The translations under genes and the position numbers were made by a program. Of a stretch of 64,000 nt of DNA, positions 58,197-64,000 are shown in pieces. Origin of the DNA: Comamonadaceae bacterium (GTDB lineage Bacteria > Pseudomonadota > Gammaproteobacteria > Burkholderiales > Burkholderiaceae_C); assembly GCA_030602185.1 (NCBI GenBank), contig JAUWAE010000001.1, positions 1,184 through 65,183 on the forward strand. Reading direction: 5' to 3'. Each line of letters opens with the position of its first letter. Position 1 is the first letter of the stretch. The notes beneath the pieces are model-generated. The model saw nothing but the letters and a program-made list of their open reading frames with translations, searched no databases and was not told the DNA's origin.

Positions 58197-58769
58197 TCAA
58201 ACGGTCTTTTGGTCTGCGTTCCCCATCCGTACCGTCACCTTGAGTCTTGAAAGCCGGCGCAGCAGGCGGATGCGTGCTGCCACAGGCCACCAGTCGTATA
58301 GAAAGATTTCCATCGGCCGCCACATGGCAACCCAACCGCCAATGACGATACTCTGCTGAAGAATCTGCATGGCGTGAAGTCCGGCGCCGGAATCGCTGCC
58401 CAGCCATTGGCTCACTCCAATGGATGCAGACAGGAAGGCCAGCCCGATGAGCAGGCTGGTGCGCCCTCGTTTGAAGAGGTCTTTCAGCTGTGCCTGCGTT
58501 GACTGCGCTGAAGCCTCGAAATGTGCGCGTATCGCCTGTTCAACCAGGCCCAACTTTGCAAGATTGCCGGGTGGTTGATCAAGATGAATGAGCAATTCCA
58601 GGGCAGCGTTTTTGGGCAGCTCTTTGGCGTATTTGACAATGTAGTCGTCTGCGTCAGCATCCAGATCCCTGCTGTGGAATGGGGAGGGATCGATCGCGTT
58701 GAACAACTGGTCGATATGTGTGACGTGCACCTCGACGCACTGCGTGGGTAGATCCTCTGGGTTCGGCAT
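58197..58769 (-). CDS. Hypothetical protein with a soluble N-domain and two C-terminal TM helices
   Basis: 190 aa with coding-like composition. It contains FNAIDPSPFHSRDLDADADDYIVKYAKELP. I can name no family. Confidence 0.5.
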   Translation of the reverse strand: MPNPEDLPTQCVEVHVTHIDQLFNAIDPSPFHSRDLDADADDYIVKYAKELPKNAALELLIHLDQPPGNLAKLGLVEQAIRAHFEASAQSTQAQLKDLFKRGRTSLLIGLAFLSASIGVSQWLGSDSGAGLHAMQILQQSIVIGGWVAMWRPMEIFLYDWWPVAARIRLLRRLSRLKVTVRMGNADQKTV

Positions 58770-59002
58770 TGCCTCAGGATAACTCGCCCAGAGGTGCAGC
58801 AGTTTCGATGCGATTGCCCGATGTGGATGGTTACTGCATCGAAGAGCACATTAACCCTAGACCACAAACGCCGTCATCACCCGACCCGCACTGACCAAGT
58901 AGCCATGCTGAAAGCTGCTCAATCTTGGGAAATGTTCAGCCCTGCAGACGGCAACACGGCTGTGACTGATTCGTAAAACCAGACGTATAACGCGAGGGTG
59001 GA

Positions 59003-59036
59003 AAATAAAAAATCCTAATTGGATCAACCACTTAGG
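59003..59036 (-). terminator. Rho-independent terminator after tRNA-Ser
   Basis: The minus strand reads cctaagtgg-ttgat-ccaattagg (9-bp stem, one mismatch), followed by ATTTTTTATTTT. Confidence 0.7.
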
Positions 59037-59044
59037 CTTGTATC

Positions 59045-59132
59045 TGGCGGAAGCGGTGAGATTCGAACTCACGAACGGTTGCCCGTTGCCGGTTTTCAAG
59101 ACCGGTGCAATCGACCACTCTGCCACGCTTCC
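59045..59132 (-). tRNA. tRNA-Ser (anticodon TGA)
   Basis: Minus strand: GGAAGCGTGGCAGAGTGGTCGATTGCA-CCGGT-CTTGAAA-ACCGG-long variable arm-GTGAGTTCGAATCTCACCGCTTCCGCCA. Confidence 0.95.
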
Positions 59133-59318
59133 GAGGATCGACCGAGATTGTAGCCGCCCCGATGCCGTGCCATGCCGCTTCGCTTTGCCTGACGCGCTGT
59201 AAGAAAAAAACGGACAGCAGGAACAGCCACTTCCCGACTCCTCTAAGTCGGCCGGCTTGCATACATTGACCTCACGAGCGACAGGGAGCGATGGTCTGAA
59301 GACAACCGGAGGGCGGTC

Positions 59319-60050
59319 ATGGATACAGCAACTCTTGACAGGGGGCCGCAGGCGGCCCGTGTGCACGGATGGGCCACAGCGTGGCAAGACGAACCCGATA
59401 CCTGCGCTGAAAGAGCGGACAGGACGGTGGAGTACCTGCCATTTCGGGTACGCCGGGTGGTCACCCGAAGCGATCTGGCGCAGGCGGTGGCGGTGCGGAG
59501 TTTGGCCTATGGCCGGCACCTGCCGCCGGCGCTGACCAAGGCACTGCGGACGCCTGAAAAGGCCGATACGCAGCCTGGCACCGTCATTCTGCTGGCCGAA
59601 TCCAAGCTCGACGGCTCTGCTTTGGGCACCATGCGAATACAAACCAATGCGGTCAGCCCGCTGGGTATGGAGCAGTCCATCCGGCTACCTGACTGGATGG
59701 CGGGACATCATCTGGCCGAAACCACGCGCCTTGCGGTGGCCGGAGACCGCAGCGGCCATCTGGTCAGGCTGGCTTTGGTCAAGGCGGGCTACCAGTTTTG
59801 TGTCATGCAGGGTATCCGTTACATGGTCATCACTGCCCGCGCACCAGTGGACCGGCAATACGAACGCCTGCTTTTCCAGGATGTGTTCCCTGGAATGGGG
59901 TACATGCCGCTGGAGCACGTCTTCAACTTGCCGCACCGGGTGATGTGTTTTGATGTGGAGCAGGGCGAAGCACTTTGGACACGCCACAATCACCCACTGT
60001 TGCACTTTTTCACCCGCACTCAACACCCTGACATCTGCTTGAACGGTTGA
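59319..60050 (+). CDS. GNAT-fold acyltransferase-like protein (possibly FeeM/OlsB-type N-acyl amino acid synthase family)
   Basis: 243 aa with SD GGAGGG. The pattern ...ESKLDGSALGTMRIQTN...ETTRLAV...GIRYMVITARAPVDRQYERLLFQDVF...HRVMCFDVEQ resembles that family, but this is recognition by eye only. Confidence 0.35.
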   Translation: MDTATLDRGPQAARVHGWATAWQDEPDTCAERADRTVEYLPFRVRRVVTRSDLAQAVAVRSLAYGRHLPPALTKALRTPEKADTQPGTVILLAESKLDGSALGTMRIQTNAVSPLGMEQSIRLPDWMAGHHLAETTRLAVAGDRSGHLVRLALVKAGYQFCVMQGIRYMVITARAPVDRQYERLLFQDVFPGMGYMPLEHVFNLPHRVMCFDVEQGEALWTRHNHPLLHFFTRTQHPDICLNG

Positions 60051-60060
60051 GCCAGTCCCT

Positions 60061-63054
60061 TCAGGGTTGTGATGCCGTGCCGGCGCCGGCGCTGGGGATG
60101 GAGTCGGTACCCAGCACCCAGTCCACGCCTTCCAGTTCGCCTTCGGTGGGTTTCAGGTCGCTGAGGTAGTGGTTGAGTGCATCGTCGCGGATGAAGTCCG
60201 CAGCCGATGTGGCACCCAGGATGTCGTGAGGTGCTTGTGGCCGTGCGACCACGAAGCCTTGAACGTAATCCACCCCGATTTCGGCCAGAGTTTGCACGGT
60301 TTCCGCATCTTCTGCCCATTCGGCAATCGTTTTCATGCCCAGGTTTTGCGCCAGACTCACAATCGCCTCCACGATCGCGACGTTGGCGGGGTGGCGGTTC
60401 ATGTTGACAATGAAGCTGCCGTCGATCTTGAGCAGGTCGGCCGGCAGTTCCTTCAGGTAAGAAAACGAGGTGTAGCCGGCACCGAAATCGTCCAGCGCGA
60501 TGCGGGCACCGAAACCGCGGACCCTGTCAATGAAGCGGCGGGTGTTGCCCATGTCGTGCAAGGCCACACTTTCGGTGATTTCCAGACACAACCGCCGAGA
60601 CACCGGCCCGGCGGTTTGCAGCTGATCGTATACAAATTGGACGAACCGCTCGTCGTTGAGCGAGGCCCCGCTGAGGTTGACGCAGACGAAGTGATTGGCC
60701 TCCATGCGCGATTGATGCTGCTGCAGCCAGCTTAAGGTGGTGGTGAGGACCCAGCGGTCGATGGCGCTCATGCGGCCGGCATGCTCGCCTGCGTTGATGA
60801 GCCGCTCGGTCGGCACCCGGCCGCCGGTGGCGTCTTGCATGCGCAACAGCACCTCGAAATTGAGCGACGCATACGGGTTGCGCAGCGACAGAATGGGTTG
60901 CATTTCCAGGAACAGGCCGTCGATCGACTGCCCCGTGGCCAAGCGTTCGACCAGCTGCAGTTCGGCTTCGTTCTCGCTGAAAACCCGGGAAGCCTTGTCA
61001 TATACCTGCAGGCTGGAACTCCGGCCTTTTTTGGCCTCGCGGCAGGCGCGGTCTGCAGTTGACACCACTTCTTTGGGCCCCAGGTCTGGGTGCACCTCGA
61101 TGAGCCCGATGGATACTCGCACCTGAAATGCGCGTTCACCAACGGAGTAGGGTTCGTTGCCCAGTGCCGTGACTATGCTGCGGCACACGGCCTCGGCTTG
61201 AGGCAGCGGTGTACCTGGCATCACCAGCAGAAACTCGTCGCCACCGACCCGGCCCACCACCATCTGCCCGCTGAGCCGCTGGACGATCCGCCCGCAGACC
61301 TGTCGCAGGACCTCGTCTCCGGCGTTGTGGCCGTAGAGGTCGTTGATCAATTTGAACCGGTCGAGGTCGAGGTAAGCCACCGCCAGCGGTTGCCCGCTGC
61401 GAAGGTGCCGCAGGGCTTCGTCCAGGGCCAGTTCGGTGCCACGCCGGTTCAATACCGTGGTGAGCGGGTCGTGGTTGGCGAGGAATTCCAGCCGGGTTTT
61501 TGCCCTTACCGTGGTGCTGATGTCCTGGAGGGACCCCTCCACCTTGCCTTTGGACCAGGTGGCTTTGACCAAAAAATGACGCGGGTCTTGCCCGTGCTGC
61601 CCGCCATCGGTCACTTCCAGTTCGGCACCGCCTTCCGCCCGAGCGGCTTCGGCCAGCTGCTCCCATGGCCCGCGGCCAAAGCGGGCTGGCCAGCTGTCCG
61701 ATCCCGGCGCCTGCACTTCCGGGCCCAGCATGTCGACCAGTGCCGGGTTGGCCCCGAGGAAGCGGCCGTCTTCGTTCAAGGTGAACAGCCCAATGGGAAT
61801 CACGTCGAAGGTATGCTGCAGCTCGGCCTGCATCTGCAGTTTTTCGGCGTGTTCCTCGCGCATGCGCTCTGCCACGGCCAGTGCCGTGAGCACCGACGAG
61901 GCGAGTGCGGCGGTCACGCTGTTCACCGACCCGATCAGCACCGTCAAACCCAGTGCCGCAGCGGCCACCTCATAGACGTTGGCCAACAGCGCCACGCCGA
62001 TTGAGGCGGCGTACCACAAGGCCACCCGTGACTGGGTGGCCATGAGTATCTGGGCCAGCAGGAAGATGTAGATCAGCACGCCCACCGTGGTGGCGGCCCA
62101 GACGATTGGCAGGAAGTCTTCGTAGGAGAGAAGGACCGACAGCAACAGGATCGGCAGGGTGCTGAGCTGGACGGCGTTGATCAGGCCAGCGCGCCCCAGT
62201 CGCTCCAGCTGATCGATGAACAGCTGACGAAAGAGGACGATGGTCACGGAGTAATACAGCGCGATGGTGATGGGCCGTAAATGTTGCAACACGACCTGCG
62301 GTACCGTATGACCCAGCCACTGCTGGTCCCAGCCTGCGGACAGCGCAGCCATGCGCAGGTTGAGCAGCAGCCAGCTTGCAAACAGCAAGTAATGGTGGTC
62401 TCGGTTGAGCAGTCCGGCGATCAGGATGAATGCGGCCAGCACCAGCATGCCCCCGTCGAGCAGGCCAGCGTTGCGGTGGAACTCCCGGTTGGCGATCGCC
62501 AGTTCGGCGGGCTCCCACTGCTCGACCGAAAAACGGGCCGGCCCGCGAAAGGCGATCTGGCAGATCACTGACCGAACCGATTTGTCAAGCGCCAGTGCAA
62601 ACCCCCCACGAGAGACGGACATGGCGCCCTCGACCTGGTCTCGCCCTGCACTGCCGAGCCAGTGGCCATCGGTCGTGTTCCAGCATTGCATCTCGGTCGC
62701 ATGTCGAGATGGGAACTCCAGCACCGTTGCGGTGCTGCGCCATTCGGGCTCGACTTGTACCCATACCGGTTCGGTGGACAACTCGGATTGCCACAGCGTG
62801 GATGGCGGCGCGTCGCGCAAGGCCGCTGCAGCGTCGGTCAGCATCCATTCGGGCGCGCTCTGTGGTACCAGCCGGAACGGCTGCTGACTGTCGGGGTCGG
62901 CCGCGTATTGACTGGGCAGCAGCGTTAGTGTGAGTACAGAAAACAGCGCAATCAGCGCAGGCAACCACCCGGTCGAGAGGTTGCGCAACCAGGCGTCTAT
63001 GCGGGTGTGCAGGGCGCCGAGTCTAGACATCGGGGTGCCCCGAGGGGTGTGCAT
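60061..63054 (-). CDS. 7TM-receptor (7TMR-DISM-like) PAS-GGDEF-EAL c-di-GMP signalling protein
   Basis: 997 aa (alternative start 63030). It has an N-terminal TM, a periplasmic domain of about 170 aa, 7 TM helices, a PAS domain, GGDEF (RVGGDEFLLVM) and EAL (EVLLRMQD ... DDFGAGYTSFSYL). Confidence 0.85.
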   Translation of the reverse strand: MHTPRGTPMSRLGALHTRIDAWLRNLSTGWLPALIALFSVLTLTLLPSQYAADPDSQQPFRLVPQSAPEWMLTDAAAALRDAPPSTLWQSELSTEPVWVQVEPEWRSTATVLEFPSRHATEMQCWNTTDGHWLGSAGRDQVEGAMSVSRGGFALALDKSVRSVICQIAFRGPARFSVEQWEPAELAIANREFHRNAGLLDGGMLVLAAFILIAGLLNRDHHYLLFASWLLLNLRMAALSAGWDQQWLGHTVPQVVLQHLRPITIALYYSVTIVLFRQLFIDQLERLGRAGLINAVQLSTLPILLLSVLLSYEDFLPIVWAATTVGVLIYIFLLAQILMATQSRVALWYAASIGVALLANVYEVAAAALGLTVLIGSVNSVTAALASSVLTALAVAERMREEHAEKLQMQAELQHTFDVIPIGLFTLNEDGRFLGANPALVDMLGPEVQAPGSDSWPARFGRGPWEQLAEAARAEGGAELEVTDGGQHGQDPRHFLVKATWSKGKVEGSLQDISTTVRAKTRLEFLANHDPLTTVLNRRGTELALDEALRHLRSGQPLAVAYLDLDRFKLINDLYGHNAGDEVLRQVCGRIVQRLSGQMVVGRVGGDEFLLVMPGTPLPQAEAVCRSIVTALGNEPYSVGERAFQVRVSIGLIEVHPDLGPKEVVSTADRACREAKKGRSSSLQVYDKASRVFSENEAELQLVERLATGQSIDGLFLEMQPILSLRNPYASLNFEVLLRMQDATGGRVPTERLINAGEHAGRMSAIDRWVLTTTLSWLQQHQSRMEANHFVCVNLSGASLNDERFVQFVYDQLQTAGPVSRRLCLEITESVALHDMGNTRRFIDRVRGFGARIALDDFGAGYTSFSYLKELPADLLKIDGSFIVNMNRHPANVAIVEAIVSLAQNLGMKTIAEWAEDAETVQTLAEIGVDYVQGFVVARPQAPHDILGATSAADFIRDDALNHYLSDLKPTEGELEGVDWVLGTDSIPSAGAGTASQP

Positions 63055-63175
63055 GCATTGGGTGTTGTCGGTATCACACGTACTCCCTGCGCCTAGTCTT
63101 GCTTGTGCTGCGCATTATGCGGGGAAAAGATGGTCATTGGCAGCGCCTGGTGGACTTGTGCCACACTCGCACGCC

Positions 63176-64000
63176 ATGGACAAGACAGCATGGGCGCGGG
63201 AGGCGCTGGCCGCTTTCGATCGCTTCGTGCAAGCCGGCGACGGCCTGCGCCCGCGCCCAGGGCAGCGGCTGATGGCCGAGCAAGTGGCGTGCAGTTTCAG
63301 CGAGGCCGATCTGGGGCGCGTGTCCGACGACCTCGCGGAGCCGTCCGCCCCCCCCAGCCGATCGATCGCTGTGATCCAGGCGGGCACCGGCGTGGGCAAG
63401 TCCCTGGCGTACAGCCTGCCCGCAGTGGGCCTGGCACTGGCGCGGCAGACCCGGGTGCTCATATCCACCGCCACCGTGGCGTTGCAAGAGCAGCTCATAC
63501 ACAAAGACCTGCCGGCTGTTGCGCAGGCCTTTGGGCAGCCGGTGAGGTTCGCGCTGGCCAAGGGGCGTGGGCGGTATGTCTGCCGCCTCAAGCTGGACCG
63601 CTGGCTCACGGCACGTGACCCCGGCCAATCGGTCGACTTCGATGCCGACGACCTCGTCGAGGACGACCTGTTCCACGATGCGGCCGCCACCCAGTCCCTG
63701 GCGGGACACCGCGACGACACCGAACGCCTGGCGCTCTACGAAGAGATGCGCGACGGCCTGCAGAGTGGCCGCTGGTCGGGCGACCGGGACACCTTGGCCA
63801 CGCCGCCCGATCCGCTGCTCTGGCAGTCGGTGGCGGCCGACGTGAGCTCTTGCACCGCCCGCCATTGCCCGGCCTATGGGCAGTGCAGTTACTACGAGCA
63901 CCGCAAGGCCTTGGTGGGGGCCCAAGTCATCGTGGTCAACCACGACCTGCTGCTCAGCTCGCTGGGCTCGCGCACCCTGCCAGAGCTGGACAACTGCCTG
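63176..64000 (+). CDS. dinG: ATP-dependent DNA helicase DinG (Rad3/XPD-like); 3' end runs off the window
   Basis: My own translation from ATG 63176 gives MDKTAWAREALAAFDRFVQAGDGL...IQAGTGVGKSLAYSLPA (Walker A)...CRLK...SSCTARHCPAYGQCSYYEHR (Fe-S Cys cluster)...VVNHDLLL. The frame is open to the window end, so it is absent from the ORF track. Confidence 0.85.
   Translation, partial: MDKTAWAREALAAFDRFVQAGDGLRPRPGQRLMAEQVACSFSEADLGRVSDDLAEPSAPPSRSIAVIQAGTGVGKSLAYSLPAVGLALARQTRVLISTATVALQEQLIHKDLPAVAQAFGQPVRFALAKGRGRYVCRLKLDRWLTARDPGQSVDFDADDLVEDDLFHDAAATQSLAGHRDDTERLALYEEMRDGLQSGRWSGDRDTLATPPDPLLWQSVAADVSSCTARHCPAYGQCSYYEHRKALVGAQVIVVNHDLLLSSLGSRTLPELDNCL

Noticed and set aside
58794-58976. A 60-aa plus-strand ORF in the gap upstream of the 190-aa hypothetical gene.
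   Set aside because: It has no SD and an odd composition (Cys/His/Trp-rich, no hydrophobic core pattern). It lies antisense to the likely promoter/leader of the neighbouring gene. There is no support beyond being open.
52236-59132. A classical integrase-mediated genomic island inserted at tRNA-Ser.
   Set aside because: No integrase, transposase or excisionase ORF is present. I found no direct repeat of the tRNA-Ser 3' end at 52.2 kb, around 56.9-57.1 kb, or elsewhere. Low-GC DNA also continues on the other side of the tRNA. Only the compositional anomaly is retained as a finding.

Overview
This is a 64-kb, densely coding, high-G+C bacterial chromosomal segment. The gene order looks betaproteobacterial, Burkholderiales/Comamonadaceae-like, but that is inference only; the relevant blocks are rpsP-rimM-trmD-rplS, lolB-ispE-tRNA-Gln-prs-rplY-pth, hrcA<>nadK-recN, and ftsY<>M16-M16-rsmD-coaD-yfhL. 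I call 65 protein-coding loci (two or three with broken reading frames), 4 tRNAs (Gln-TTG, CAT, Arg-ACG, Ser-TGA), 6 intrinsic terminators and a few candidate promoters/operators. I recognised no rRNA, CRISPR array, transposase, integrase or phage structural gene. Positions 1-52 kb are mainly housekeeping and metabolism: the kynurenine pathway kynB-kynU-kynA, translation genes, the GO-repair genes fpg and mutY, recN, FccAB-type sulfide dehydrogenase, a MacAB-type efflux pump and guanine deaminase. Positions 52.2-63.1 kb are visibly A/T-richer and form a signalling-gene cluster around tRNA-Ser. That cluster holds a short BLUF photoreceptor, three GGDEF/EAL proteins, an MscS-like channel, a wHTH plus membrane-protein pair, and a GNAT-like acyltransferase. 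The best leads are: (1) a BLUF gene paired with a Cys-less LOV-like diguanylate cyclase; (2) a dynamin-like GTPase wedged between fpg and mutY; (3) a translationally coupled AMP-phosphorylase-like / Prs-like pair; (4) an orphan ParA-like ATPase with a small basic partner and a perfect palindrome upstream; (5) three frame disruptions, in kynA, in a GGDEF gene at a CA run, and in the wHTH/membrane pair. All functional calls rest on my own reading of the translated ORFs; no database search was possible.
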